Notes: generated by a model from the letters alone, not told the origin. A stretch of 64,000 bases of DNA from Candidatus Babeliales bacterium (GCA_050179755.1 JBFXEV010000001.1:1033994-1097993), one strand, 5' to 3'; positions 48,205 to 58,839 are shown, counted from the first letter of the stretch. Made by a program: numbers and translations.

Positions 48205-49830
48205 ATGAGAAAATTACACATTTTTTTAATTGTTATAATTTTAAGCCTTGGTGTCTATTGGGTTTGGTTTAAGCAATCTACGTTATCTCCATATGAGCTC
48301 TATAAAAATGAAATCCCTTATACATATCGTCTTGGACTTACTTCGTTAGAGCAAGAAATAATTATAGATAAGGTATCTATAATGGGGCACATTCCTGCAT
48401 GGCTTTCTGGTACCTTGTTTCGTAATGGACCAGCCAAATTTACGCAAGGATCTAATTGGGTTTCCAATTGGTTTGATGGGCTTGCTATGATTCATGCTTT
48501 TTCCTTTCATGATGGCAAAGTTTCTTATGCCAACAAATTTTTACGCTCCGATGATTATGATTTTGTAGAGAAAACTGGAACTATGTCATATGCTGGTTTT
48601 GCACAAGATCCCTGTAAATCATATTTTAAACAATTATTTTCTTTGTTTGTGCCCGAAAAGAAGATAAAAAAAGAGTACGCATTGCCGAATGCAAATGTTA
48701 ATATTGCATGTTATGGGCATCATATGGTGGCACTCACAGAAACACCTTTACCTATTGAATTTGACCCAAAAACTTTAAAAACAATTGGCGGTTTGCTTTA
48801 CGATGATAAACTTCCAAAGCGTAGTATTCACGATACTGCTCATCCACACTACGATAAAGAACGTAAAGAACATTTAGGGTATTATTCTCAATTTGGTAGA
48901 ATTAGTACGCATAATCTTTTTCGTATACAAGATGGGTCTACTACTCGGGAAGTTCTGGCATCTATAGAAGTGCAAGAGCCTTCATACATGCATAGTTTTT
49001 TCTTGACAGAACATTATGCAATATTGACATTGCTGCCTTTGGTGGTGAATCCTCTTGATTTATTAACGAGTAAGAAGTCATTTATCAAGAACTTTAGATG
49101 GAAACCAGAGCTTGGAACCAAGCTAGTAGTCATTGATAGAATTAATAATAAGATTCAGGGGTCATATAACACGCATGCGTTTTTTGCCTTTCATACGGTA
49201 AATGCTTTTGAGCAAGGTGACTCTCTTATAATGGACATTGTTACCTATCCTGATGGTTCAGGAATTGGACAAGCAAAAATAGCCACAATTTTTGAAGGGA
49301 AGAATCCGGGAAACTTAGAACGCAATAAAGTATATACCGGAGAGCCAGACACAGATATTCTTGAGGTAGGTCAGCTAAATCGATTAACAGTGAATCTTTC
49401 GAGTGCGACTGTTGCTGTGCGTACGTTATATGATAACTTTATTGAGTTACCTCGTATTAATTATGAGCATTATAATACAAAACAATATTCCTATATCTAT
49501 GCCTATGGAAAAAAGTATGCACCATTATTTGTTGCCGATAGGCTTGTAAAGGTTAATGTGAATACGGGTAAGTCTATTGAATGGTGGCAAGAGCATTGTT
49601 ACCCCGGAGAGCCGATATTTGTAGCAGCTCCTTCGTTAAAATCGGAAGACGATGGAGTTATTCTTTCTGTTGTGCTTGATACACAAAAACAGACATCATT
49701 TTTGTTAGTGCTAGATGGTGAAACTTTTAAAGAACTGGCGCGAGCTTATGTGCCACATCATATTCCTTTTGGGATTCATGGACTCTTTATGGCTAATTCT
49801 TTCTTTTTAGGTGCGCCCAGCCGGGGTTGA
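48205..49830 (+). CDS. Carotenoid oxygenase (RPE65/CCD) family protein with N-terminal anchor
   Basis: GTLFRNGP, WFDGLAMIH, TAHPH, YMHSF, FHTVNAFE, EPIFV, EDDG, GIHG. Confidence 0.93.
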   Translation: MRKLHIFLIVIILSLGVYWVWFKQSTLSPYELYKNEIPYTYRLGLTSLEQEIIIDKVSIMGHIPAWLSGTLFRNGPAKFTQGSNWVSNWFDGLAMIHAFSFHDGKVSYANKFLRSDDYDFVEKTGTMSYAGFAQDPCKSYFKQLFSLFVPEKKIKKEYALPNANVNIACYGHHMVALTETPLPIEFDPKTLKTIGGLLYDDKLPKRSIHDTAHPHYDKERKEHLGYYSQFGRISTHNLFRIQDGSTTREVLASIEVQEPSYMHSFFLTEHYAILTLLPLVVNPLDLLTSKKSFIKNFRWKPELGTKLVVIDRINNKIQGSYNTHAFFAFHTVNAFEQGDSLIMDIVTYPDGSGIGQAKIATIFEGKNPGNLERNKVYTGEPDTDILEVGQLNRLTVNLSSATVAVRTLYDNFIELPRINYEHYNTKQYSYIYAYGKKYAPLFVADRLVKVNVNTGKSIEWWQEHCYPGEPIFVAAPSLKSEDDGVILSVVLDTQKQTSFLLVLDGETFKELARAYVPHHIPFGIHGLFMANSFFLGAPSRG

Positions 49831-49937
49831 CACGTTCAGGCGGGTTTTCTTCAATTGCCGGCATAAATTTTTTTTGTGTATTTAGATAACATTGTTAGTA
49901 TAAAGTAAAGTAACATTTCCGCGTGGCATGCCATGAA

Positions 49938-50487
49938 TTACCTATATTTCTCATAAAAATAATTCGTGAATAGTTCATGAGGATCATGCTGCTTTCTTAA
50001 ATTAAGTAATTTGTGTAGAGAAGGATAAGCAGCTTGTATGTGCTTTGCGTCAGCATGAAGTTGGATTGGCAAGTAATAGGTTCCGTTTAAAGATATAGCA
50101 GTATTAATTAATTGCTGCGTCCATAATTTTGTAGTCGTGTTAGCATCTTCTGTCATTGGTTGATTGAAAAATACTACAATACCAACACGATCTGTTGTGG
50201 TATAAGAAAGAAAGCTTTCTGTATTGCGGGGAATAAAGCGAAATGCCGCATGAAACCCTATTGTTGGGTCTTGCGATACGATTTTTAGATGTTCTACATA
50301 TGCGGGCATTGTTAAATGTACCGTTTCTTGTTTGTAGAAGCTATGCCCGCCATTGGTAAGGCGAAAAAGTTCAGCGTTTTCACTACGGCTTGCGGTCACG
50401 ATTGTGCCGTCAGCTTCATAATCTTGAGCGAATGTACAGACTCAATGAGAGAGCAAAAAGGATAATAAAGATCAGTTTTTTCTGCAT
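49938..50487 (-). pseudogene. Internally deleted FAD-linked oxidoreductase
   Basis: Short signal ORF at 50487, ASRSENAELF (FAD-domain end) joined to C-terminal GTYYLP...DPHELFTNYFYEKY. Confidence 0.65.
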
Positions 50488-50703
50488 AGTTTATTTTGGC
50501 ATAAATTGGTAAAAAATCTATATTTATCAATTTCAAATAGAATTTCCACATGACTGAGATGATTGATAAAAGAGCAGAAAATATAAGGACTTACTACACG
50601 AGAGAGGACAATTTTGTATGCTTGATTGCTTTGTTTACTTTGTGATGTTTATCATTGTATCTTAAGTATTGGTATTAACTTTTTTTAATTTGAAAGGATT
50701 ATT

Positions 50704-50928
50704 ATGTTTAGACAACTGATTACACGGTTTCATGATCTGGAATCGCATCATCAAATAATAATTACGGTGATTGTGGCATTTGCTGCGATATGCGTGTCAT
50801 GGGGAATAGAGAGATTATTAGAGCAATATTTTTTTCCTAATAAGCCAGCTCTTAGATATTTGATTGCAGTGATTGGTGGCTTATTAGTTCTTTATTTGGT
50901 TAAACATTTTTTATTGCGCGAAATATAA
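50704..50928 (+). CDS. Small two-TM membrane protein
   Basis: AAGGA RBS; two hydrophobic helices. Confidence 0.7.
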   Translation: MFRQLITRFHDLESHHQIIITVIVAFAAICVSWGIERLLEQYFFPNKPALRYLIAVIGGLLVLYLVKHFLLREI

Positions 50929-50943
50929 TAGAGCATAACGCGT

Positions 50944-51017
50944 TTATGCATTTTTTGCTTCAAGTTGCTGTGCAGCTTTTGCAAAGTATTTTGCCCGCGT
51001 TGTGTGCGAAGGATGTG
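50944..51017 (-). repeat. Stranded 3' end of an M48-like peptidase gene (matches 51687-51757)
   Basis: Encodes HPSHTTRAKYFAKAAQQLEAKNA*. Confidence 0.85.
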
Positions 51018-51042
51018 CTAAATTAATTAACATTTAAGGGGA

Positions 51043-51681
51043 ATGATAATGAGTAACGCAGCAATGCAAACTGGTAAATATAGATTATCGGTTGATAATG
51101 CAGTTCTTTTGCTGGTTGATCATCAAACAGGGCTTTTCCAATTGGTTCGGGATTATAGTCCAGATGAATTTAAGAATAACGTATGTGTATTGGCAGCTAT
51201 TGGTAAAATGTATAATTTGCCTACTATTTTGACAACAAGTTTTGAATCTGGGCCCAATGGCCCCTTGTTCCCCGAAATTCGTACATTACATCCTCACGCT
51301 ACATTTATTGCGCGACCGGGTGAAATTAATGCTTGGGATAATAAAGACTTTGTTGATGCGGTAAAAGCCACCGGCAGAAAAAAATTGCTCATTGCAGGCA
51401 TTGTTACCGACGTGTGCGTGGCATTGCCAACACTTGCAGCACTTGCCGAAGGCTTTGATGTATATGTAGTAGCAGACGCTTGTGGCACCACAAGTGTTGC
51501 AGTGCGTGAACTTGCGCTCATGCGTATGGTACATGCGGGTGCAGTCATTACTAATTGGTTTGCAGTATCATCTGAGTTACACCGTGATTGGCGGCATAAT
51601 GGAGAGGCACTTGCAGCGCTATTGGGCCAGTACTTTGTGCCCTATGCTAATTTAATGAGCAGTTATAAAGCTAAGAAATAA
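51043..51681 (+). CDS. ycaC: Isochorismatase-family hydrolase (YcaC-like)
   Basis: LLVDHQTGL, GPNGPL, RPGEINAWDN, GIVTDVCV, ELHRDWR. Confidence 0.9.
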   Translation: MIMSNAAMQTGKYRLSVDNAVLLLVDHQTGLFQLVRDYSPDEFKNNVCVLAAIGKMYNLPTILTTSFESGPNGPLFPEIRTLHPHATFIARPGEINAWDNKDFVDAVKATGRKKLLIAGIVTDVCVALPTLAALAEGFDVYVVADACGTTSVAVRELALMRMVHAGAVITNWFAVSSELHRDWRHNGEALAALLGQYFVPYANLMSSYKAKK

Positions 51682-52676
51682 TGTGCTATGCATTTTGTTT
51701 CAAGTTGTTGTGCAGCTCTTGCAAAGTATTTTGCGCGTGTTGTGTGCGAAGGATGTGGATCCATAATATCGGTTACTACTTGCGCTGGTGAATGATCATG
51801 CTCCGATAAAGCATTAAAATACTCACTGCGTGCTTTGAGTATTTCTGGGTCGCGTGTACGCTTGATAGAATCTTGATCGGCGCGATATTCTTGCCAATAA
51901 GTCCAAGCAGCGTTACATACTGCAGTGATTCCTATTTTGCCAAGTAATGAAGGAATATGAGCAAGTCCGTGTAATACGGTATCTACAATGGTTGGGTCTG
52001 AAGCTAAGGTGTGTATATCAAAATAGCTTTTTAATTTTTCAGTTGTATAAAGTGCCACTAAAACACTTGTGCCAAGGATTGCTATTCTTGTACGTGCATC
52101 TTTATGCAATAAATGTGAGCCTTCATGCAAAAGGGTGCCTTTCCATAGAGCAAGCGTAGAGGCATCAATTGCAAATCCTGCTTGCTTTGCATTGGCAATA
52201 AAGACAGCAACAGGTAATTTGTTGAGTGCACTTTTTTGTGTAAGTTCTATTTCACTAAATCGTTGGGCATCTTGATTTTCTAATGCTTGTGCTTGATGCA
52301 GTTCAGCATCAGTTAAGTGTTCAGGTATGCTGATATATGATTTATTGTTGTAGTTTGTTGCAGCAAAATGAGATTGTGGTATTTTTACCACTTCAATATC
52401 AGCGCCTTGTAATTCAGGGTATCCTGCAAGTAACTGCTCACGCACGAATTTTTGGGTTTTAGGTTCCACGGGGCGTGCCTTGGCAACAAAGTCTTGCCGG
52501 TCTTGGAAGACCAAATACGCAGGAAGTGCCATAGGTATAACATAGTCAAGAGCTTGCATAGTTACATTAAAGCCAGAGGCTGCCAGATGGCCAACCCAGT
52601 CCATTGCTTTTGATTGCTGGATTATAGTAGATGCTGCTAAGAAGATGAATCCGTAAAGTAGAGATTGCTTTTTCAT
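51663..52676 (-). CDS. Exported M48-like zinc metallopeptidase
   Basis: LLHEGSH, QEYRAD, HPSHTTR. Confidence 0.8.
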   Translation of the reverse strand: MKKQSLLYGFIFLAASTIIQQSKAMDWVGHLAASGFNVTMQALDYVIPMALPAYLVFQDRQDFVAKARPVEPKTQKFVREQLLAGYPELQGADIEVVKIPQSHFAATNYNNKSYISIPEHLTDAELHQAQALENQDAQRFSEIELTQKSALNKLPVAVFIANAKQAGFAIDASTLALWKGTLLHEGSHLLHKDARTRIAILGTSVLVALYTTEKLKSYFDIHTLASDPTIVDTVLHGLAHIPSLLGKIGITAVCNAAWTYWQEYRADQDSIKRTRDPEILKARSEYFNALSEHDHSPAQVVTDIMDPHPSHTTRAKYFARAAQQLETKCIAHYFLAL

Positions 52677-52827
52677 AGATTTACCCTTTTTTTACCCTGT
52701 TGCCAGAGATAATGCCTTTTTTATATTACTAATAGTATATATTATCTGGCAAATTTTGCAAGTTTTAGAGGGGGGGCCACATAGGGCAATTGCACTTAAA
52801 AGTCTTTATTCAAAAGATGCATTCATA

Positions 52828-52918
52828 CCGCTCACCCTTCCCTCGATACTAATCGCTGCGCGATTCACTCGGGATGAGCGGTTTATCGACTTGTCCTCCG
52901 TAGCTTTATGCGTAGGAG
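52828..52918. repeat. Adjacent family B (52828-52881) and family A (52890-52918) palindromic elements
   Basis: ccgctca...tgagcgg arms with inner aatcgc/gcgatt hairpin; tcctccgtagc-ttta-tgcgtaggag. Confidence 0.75.
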
Positions 52919-53058
52919 AAAAGGTCAAAGCGGGAAAATGAATGAGATTAATCCCTATCTACACAATTTTAAATACATCTGCCTGAGGGGAAAGGTTTAG
53001 AGAAAAAAGCAAATTGAAACTGAAAGCTTACATTAGGGTAATTCCCGATTTGTGGTGG

Positions 53059-54108
53059 TTAATCACGCTTTATTAGTGCTTGTTTTTTTTCAAGCTTTTG
53101 TGCTGCATCAGCAAAATACTGAGCACGAGTCTTGAAGTTGAGATGACTATCACCTAAATAATAATTTATTTTTTCTGGGATAGTTACAGGGCATGGCTGT
53201 GGTAAGGTAGCAAAATTACTACTAATTGCTTTTAATAAATTAGGATTTTGTGTTCTTTTTATTGCATCTTGATCGGCACGATATTCATGCCAATAACGCC
53301 AAGTGCTAATGAGTAGGCCACAAGCTGCGACCTTGAGTGGTAATGAAACAATAGATCCTATTCCTCTTATCATATTATTGGCAGTTATGTTCTTAGGGTA
53401 TTTTAGTGAAGTTAAACCAACAATTTTTTTAATTTTTTCTGTACCGAGAAGCACCAGAATATGCGGAGTAGGATTATATACAGTGCTAGGATCATAATGC
53501 AAAATGTGAGATCCTTCGTGTAAAAGAACGCCTTGCCAAAGGTTAATAGTGGTAGGAGTCATCGCTTTGCCTTCAAGTTCACATTTGCTAATATATTCAG
53601 GCAATGTGAGTCTCTCTTTCCATCGTTCATTACTTGCAACTTTTCTCGTATAACCTAATACATTTTTTTCTTTAAGCGCACATGCTTTCCTATACTCTCG
53701 CTCATTAAAAGCAACGCTTATATACGCTGTGTTATTATGATACATAGCACCAAATGAATTGTTTTCAATAATTTGTATTTTAGTATCATTTAATTCTGGA
53801 TAGGCATTTTTGATAAATGCTATTATTTTTCCTGCAGACTGTTCAGATAGGCCTAGTAACGGATCTCGTGAACTTAGATCTTCATTATAGTCTTTTATGC
53901 TTATGAGTGCCCTTTGCCTTTCTTTATTCACTTTGTCGACGGTATAGCCAAAATAACCTATTACGCCCGCATAATTAAGCGCTTTCATGCCAAGCCTAAA
54001 CCCATTACTGGCTTTTGGTGCAAAGCCTTTCATGGCATATGTTTGTTGGCCGAGAAAGGTCACTAGTAATAAGGTGAGTCCGTAGAATAAAGATTGTTTT
54101 TTAATCAT
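53059..54108 (-). CDS. Exported M48-like zinc metallopeptidase (paralog)
   Basis: LLHEGSH, HEYRAD. Confidence 0.8.
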   Translation of the reverse strand: MIKKQSLFYGLTLLLVTFLGQQTYAMKGFAPKASNGFRLGMKALNYAGVIGYFGYTVDKVNKERQRALISIKDYNEDLSSRDPLLGLSEQSAGKIIAFIKNAYPELNDTKIQIIENNSFGAMYHNNTAYISVAFNEREYRKACALKEKNVLGYTRKVASNERWKERLTLPEYISKCELEGKAMTPTTINLWQGVLLHEGSHILHYDPSTVYNPTPHILVLLGTEKIKKIVGLTSLKYPKNITANNMIRGIGSIVSLPLKVAACGLLISTWRYWHEYRADQDAIKRTQNPNLLKAISSNFATLPQPCPVTIPEKINYYLGDSHLNFKTRAQYFADAAQKLEKKQALIKRD

Positions 54109-55159
54109 GACTTATTTCAACTTTGTTCATTTCATGTGCTTGTTTTTCTTCAAGCTTTTGTGCTGCATCAGCAAAATACTTTGCACGAGTTTTAAATGCT
54201 GGGTGTGGATTACGAAGCATCATAAGTTTTGCAAATAAAGTAAGATCCTGTGTTTTTTCAGCGCGTTCGTTGACGTAATGCATTTGTTCAAAAAAGTTAC
54301 TCATAGCTTTTAGAACTCTTGGATCTTGCGTTTTTTCAATAGCATTTTGGTCAGCAGCATATTCACGCCAATTATCAAATGGCCATCGTAGGATCATGCA
54401 ACATGCTATTTTGAGTGGGGTTGAAGGAATATAGCCTAATCCTTTTAGGATATTATTGGTGAGCGTTGGCTTTTGCAATAAATTACCAAGCCCGGTTGCG
54501 CGTTTTAAGATAGAGCTGCCAGCAATTACGAAAAGCGGTAGAGTATTGCAAAGGCGATTTCTATTACGACAGTCGTTATGTGCAATGTGCGAAGCTTCAT
54601 GAAGTAGCGATCCAGTCCACAAGGGCAGGGTTTGCGCTGTCATTGCGGTTCCCTCTGCTTCACACATAGCAATATATTCTGGAATGCTCATGCCATAATC
54701 TTGACCGATTAATTCAAGTTTTTCAGGCGTATAACGAGAAGTATTAAGCCTATTATACGTAAGAGCTGAGATGAGATCTTTATCACTGCATGGAGCAACT
54801 AAATAATCTTGATTGTTATGTAGTACTGCAGCCCATGATGTAAATGGTGCATGCACTACTTTAATATCTCTGTCTTTGAGCTCTGGATAAGCGTCGCGCA
54901 TGGTGCTGAGAATGTATTCTTTTGATTCAGCGCCCAGTTTGTGCTCGTGTGGATTATTTGCCAAGTAGTCACTAAAAAGGCTTGCGCCGAGCTTATGTTC
55001 GTAAGCATAACATCCAGCAACTGCTGCTATGCTGAGTGCTTGCATGCCAAGCCTAAAGCCATGACTGGCTTTGTGCCCAAAGCCTTTCATGGCATGGGCT
55101 TCTTGGCACGTAATAATCAATAGGAATAGAATTGCGTAAAACGGGGATTTTGTGTTCAT
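54101..55159 (-). CDS. Exported M48-like zinc metallopeptidase (paralog)
   Basis: LLHEASH, REYAAD, HPAFKTR. Confidence 0.8.
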   Translation of the reverse strand: MNTKSPFYAILFLLIITCQEAHAMKGFGHKASHGFRLGMQALSIAAVAGCYAYEHKLGASLFSDYLANNPHEHKLGAESKEYILSTMRDAYPELKDRDIKVVHAPFTSWAAVLHNNQDYLVAPCSDKDLISALTYNRLNTSRYTPEKLELIGQDYGMSIPEYIAMCEAEGTAMTAQTLPLWTGSLLHEASHIAHNDCRNRNRLCNTLPLFVIAGSSILKRATGLGNLLQKPTLTNNILKGLGYIPSTPLKIACCMILRWPFDNWREYAADQNAIEKTQDPRVLKAMSNFFEQMHYVNERAEKTQDLTLFAKLMMLRNPHPAFKTRAKYFADAAQKLEEKQAHEMNKVEISHD

Positions 55160-55329
55160 ATATACGCTTTTAGTATTTTGGTAGGATTCAATCTATTTTA
55201 AGATATTTTATACTCTTAGTGTATATATACCAAAAAATTATACAAATAAAATAAGGATATAATTTCACACTGTAATTTTTAAAAAGGGTGTTTGGCTGAA
55301 CGATCTAGAAAATTGGTACATAGGGCAGC

Positions 55330-55357
55330 AAAAAAAGGGCGGGTATAAGCCGCCCTT
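55330..55357 (-). terminator. Intrinsic terminator
   Basis: AAGGGCGG-cttatac-CCGCCCTT followed by a T-run on the minus strand. Confidence 0.8.
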
Positions 55358-55373
55358 ATGCCAAATACTTTAG

Positions 55374-55808
55374 TTATGTTGGAAGAATTGGTCCTACCGC
55401 AGGAACTGGAGCTGTGGTAAGATCTGGTCGAGTTGAAACAGTTGGCAAGCTGCGTTTAGCATTTGCAATTTGTGCACGTAGTGCATTAATTCTATTTACA
55501 AAGGCAGGATTAGTATCTGTTTTTGCAAGTTCTGCAAATTGTGCATCAGCCTTATCAAGGGCTTGATATAACTTAAGTACTAAATCATCTCTGTCTTTAC
55601 CAGCAGGCATCGCTTTAATTTTGTCTACTGCAGCTTGTTGTAATGACATTGCTTTTTCTGCAACCCATAATACGCCTCTTTGCAATAGCGTTGGTTCTTG
55701 CTGAGAGGGAGTTGGTTGCTGTTGGCCGCCAGTTGCTATAAGTTGGTTAGAGCCTAGTGCTCCTATAACAAGTGCAAGTAATGCACTATATACTAAATTT
55801 CTTTTCAT
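55374..55808 (-). CDS. Hypothetical secreted helical protein
   Basis: AAGGAAG RBS, signal peptide. Confidence 0.8.
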   Translation of the reverse strand: MKRNLVYSALLALVIGALGSNQLIATGGQQQPTPSQQEPTLLQRGVLWVAEKAMSLQQAAVDKIKAMPAGKDRDDLVLKLYQALDKADAQFAELAKTDTNPAFVNRINALRAQIANAKRSLPTVSTRPDLTTAPVPAVGPILPT

Positions 55809-55971
55809 GGAACTTCCTTTTTATTATATTTTTTCAACACCATGAGTGTGCCGAAAGCCTCTCCTATCCCTTATATTCTAGCATATTCAGGGTGAAATTC
55901 GCAATGGTTCAGGTTTATTAGAAAAGTTTTAATAAGTCGGTCAGGAAGGATTTTGCATAATGCAGGGCAAG

Positions 55972-56694
55972 TTATGTGGCTTTACTCTGCAGCCCAGGTT
56001 CAAGGCGCAAAGTATAGCCTTGCGCAGATTTCGCCAGAGGCTTCCATTCAAGCAAATTAGGCGTATTAAGCATAATGGTTATAGCATCGTCTTCTGGTGA
56101 GGACGTGAGAAGGACTGGCTCCTCTGATGCTGCATGTTGTTTGAGCATATTTTGAAGAATAGACACGATGTTTTTACCCTCACGCGCATTGGTGAGCAGA
56201 TAAAGTTCGCGTTTCAATTTTAAGGTGAATGAAAAATTGAGCGTAATATATTCATTCATACTTAATTCGCTGCAAAGAATATAGGCAACGTCACTTTTGG
56301 TAAGATGTGCTAATTGATTTTGCTTGGGACAATTTGGCAGTAGCGTGCATAGCTGTTCATATTGTGCAATGGTAAAGTAGAAAATACCTCCATTAAGGCT
56401 ATAAGGGTATTTAAGATCATAACCATAAACAATAGTGCCAAAAGTGTCAGCGTCGCAGTGATCGTAATTATATTTTTTGAGTCTTGCATAATCAGGAAGT
56501 ATAACTACATAATCACCAGCATTTTTTATACAAATGAGTGCATAGCAGCAGGGGCAATCTTCATCGTCAGAAACGGTATACACTTGCCCTGCTAGTACGC
56601 CAATTGAATTAATAAAGTCTTTATCATTCAAAAAAATAACAGGAGAGCGCTCATGAGCAAGTTGTTTTTTCTCAATTTTGAATATGGGTGTCAT
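55972..56694 (-). CDS. Hypothetical protein
   Basis: AAAGGA RBS before ATG 56694; last gene of the argR-ABC run. Confidence 0.65.
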   Translation of the reverse strand: MTPIFKIEKKQLAHERSPVIFLNDKDFINSIGVLAGQVYTVSDDEDCPCCYALICIKNAGDYVVILPDYARLKKYNYDHCDADTFGTIVYGYDLKYPYSLNGGIFYFTIAQYEQLCTLLPNCPKQNQLAHLTKSDVAYILCSELSMNEYITLNFSFTLKLKRELYLLTNAREGKNIVSILQNMLKQHAASEEPVLLTSSPEDDAITIMLNTPNLLEWKPLAKSAQGYTLRLEPGLQSKAT

Positions 56695-56704
56695 GAGTCT
56701 TCCT

Positions 56705-57442
56705 TTATGCTTGAGGAATGGATCTTTGCTTACCAGCAATAAATTGTGCAATTTGTGGATATTGTTGCGGATTATTGAACAATGCGTGTTGAGGCGCTGA
56801 TTCTATAATAGCACCGTTTTCCATTAAATGAATAGTTGCCGTTTTCAGGTGATTGACTAATGACGTATCATGCGTGGTTATAAGCACGGTAACACCATGC
56901 TGTGCAAGTTCCATAATGGTTTGTGCAACATGTGCGGTCAGCACAGGATCAAGTGCCGACGTAGGCTCATCAAGGCACAAAATGCGCGGCTTGAGCGCAA
57001 GCATACGCGCAAGAGCAAGCCGTTGTTTTTGCCCTCCGGAAAGATCTTGGGGATACATATGCGCTTTATCGGCAAGATCATACTGAGCAAGAAGAGCTTT
57101 TGCCTGTTCTTCTGCTTCTTGTTTTGCAACGCCTTGCACCTTTTCTAATGCGAGCGTGATGTTTTGGAGCGCACTCAAATGATCAAATAAATGAAATTGC
57201 TGAAACACCATCCCAATGATATGCGTGTTTGTTATGGTATCTTGATTAAGTGGTTTGCCGTCAAACGTTATGGTGCCTGCGTCATACGTTTCTAAATTAT
57301 TTAAAATGCGTAGCAACGTTGATTTGCCTACGCCAGATGATCCTAAAAGAATTGCAATCTCTCCTTGCGTGACGGTAAGCGATACGTTATTAAGAATCTT
57401 TTTTTTTCCAAACGCTTTGGAAAGATTAGTGATCGTAAGCAT
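56705..57442 (-). CDS. Polar amino-acid (likely arginine) ABC transporter ATPase
   Basis: GSSGVGKST, MVFQQFHLF, LSGGQKQR, LDEPTSALDP. Confidence 0.92.
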   Translation of the reverse strand: MLTITNLSKAFGKKKILNNVSLTVTQGEIAILLGSSGVGKSTLLRILNNLETYDAGTITFDGKPLNQDTITNTHIIGMVFQQFHLFDHLSALQNITLALEKVQGVAKQEAEEQAKALLAQYDLADKAHMYPQDLSGGQKQRLALARMLALKPRILCLDEPTSALDPVLTAHVAQTIMELAQHGVTVLITTHDTSLVNHLKTATIHLMENGAIIESAPQHALFNNPQQYPQIAQFIAGKQRSIPQA

Positions 57443-58085
57443 AATGCATTTTCCTTGCTGCATACGATGCAGCAATTGATAAGAGGGTTGTTATTAGTAA
57501 ATATATACATGCCATAGCGATATACACCGGTATTGGCTGATAAGTAACGCTTATTATTCGTGAGCTTGATTTAAACAGTTCTACCACCCCGATAGTAGAT
57601 GCCAGGCTTGAATCTTTAATGAGCGTAATGCTTTCATTAAGGAGTGCGGGAATTACCACGCGTAATGCTTGGGGCAGAATGATATACCGCATTGTTTGCG
57701 TTTTGGTAAAGCCTAAAACATGCGCTGCCTGCCATTGCCCTTTGTCAATCGATTGAATGCCACTCTTTATAATTTGGCTAATGTAGGCGGCGCTATTAAG
57801 ACTTATTGCAAGAACGGCGCAAGTAAAAGCGGAAAGAGTAATGCCCAGCTGCGGGAGCAGTAAATAAATGCATGAAATTTGAATAAGCATTGGCGTGCCA
57901 CGAAAAAGTGTTACATACAATGTAATAAGCGGATGCAAGAATTTATTTGTTAGTGTGTGTAATGCGCCAAGTATGGTGCCACCAATAAAGCCAAACGTTG
58001 TTGAAAGCGCTGCAATTTTAAGTGTTGTAATGGTGCCTTCAATAAGTTGAGGGAGTATGGTAGTGATAAAAGAACTATCTATCAT
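57426..58085 (-). CDS. Polar amino-acid ABC transporter permease
   Basis: FRGTPMLIQ, GQWQAAHVLG, LIKDSSL. Confidence 0.92.
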   Translation of the reverse strand: MIDSSFITTILPQLIEGTITTLKIAALSTTFGFIGGTILGALHTLTNKFLHPLITLYVTLFRGTPMLIQISCIYLLLPQLGITLSAFTCAVLAISLNSAAYISQIIKSGIQSIDKGQWQAAHVLGFTKTQTMRYIILPQALRVVIPALLNESITLIKDSSLASTIGVVELFKSSSRIISVTYQPIPVYIAMACIYLLITTLLSIAASYAARKMHYAYDH

Positions 58086-58837
58086 GAAAGCCCCCATTTT
58101 TTTGCAAGTTTTGAGATGGTGCCATCAGCAAACAAAGCATTGAGTTGTTGTTGAAGATCATGATGTAACTCAGGATATTTTTTTGAAACTGCAAGAGCTG
58201 CTGTATCTTCTGTATTTGGTATGTTGGTTACTAACCATTGTTCTTTGCCATGGAGAGCAAAAAATGGTTGCACAGAAGATGCTGCAGAAACAAAAGCGTC
58301 TGCTCGCCCACTATTCAATGTTAAAAATGCATCAGCTACGGATGGTAATCGCACGATATGGATATCATCTAGCGTTGAAATAAATGAATCGGCCGTAAAC
58401 CCTTCATTTACAATAACTGTTTTTCCTTTGAGATTATTAAGTGACGTAACGCCTGAGCCTTGTGGTGTGATAAGTACTAATGGATCGCCGCTGTGATGCG
58501 GCGCTAAAAACAAGACATGCTGTGCGCGCTGTGCAGTGGGCGACATTCCTGCAGCAATAACGTGAATGCTTCCCATTTGTAATTCAGGCAGCAGCGTGGT
58601 AAACGCCATATCTTTGAGAACTACTTTTTTGCCCATGCGCTGTGCAAGCTCGCGCACAAGATCAATATCAAAGCCAGTGATGTTGCCATCTTTTACGAAG
58701 CTATAGGGTTGATATTCAGCATTAGTGCCTACAATGAGCGTGTTATGCATATCTAATGCTTCTTTTTTAAAATAATTCATCATTAAAGCTGCCGATAGTG
58801 CGGCAAGCACGAGTGGGGTTACGTATTTAAGCTGCAT
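58082..58837 (-). CDS. Polar amino-acid ABC substrate-binding protein (SBP family 3)
   Basis: VGTNAEYQPY, GFDIDL, GMSPTAQR. Confidence 0.92.
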   Translation of the reverse strand: MQLKYVTPLVLAALSAALMMNYFKKEALDMHNTLIVGTNAEYQPYSFVKDGNITGFDIDLVRELAQRMGKKVVLKDMAFTTLLPELQMGSIHVIAAGMSPTAQRAQHVLFLAPHHSGDPLVLITPQGSGVTSLNNLKGKTVIVNEGFTADSFISTLDDIHIVRLPSVADAFLTLNSGRADAFVSAASSVQPFFALHGKEQWLVTNIPNTEDTAALAVSKKYPELHHDLQQQLNALFADGTISKLAKKWGLS

Positions 58838-58839
58838 GA

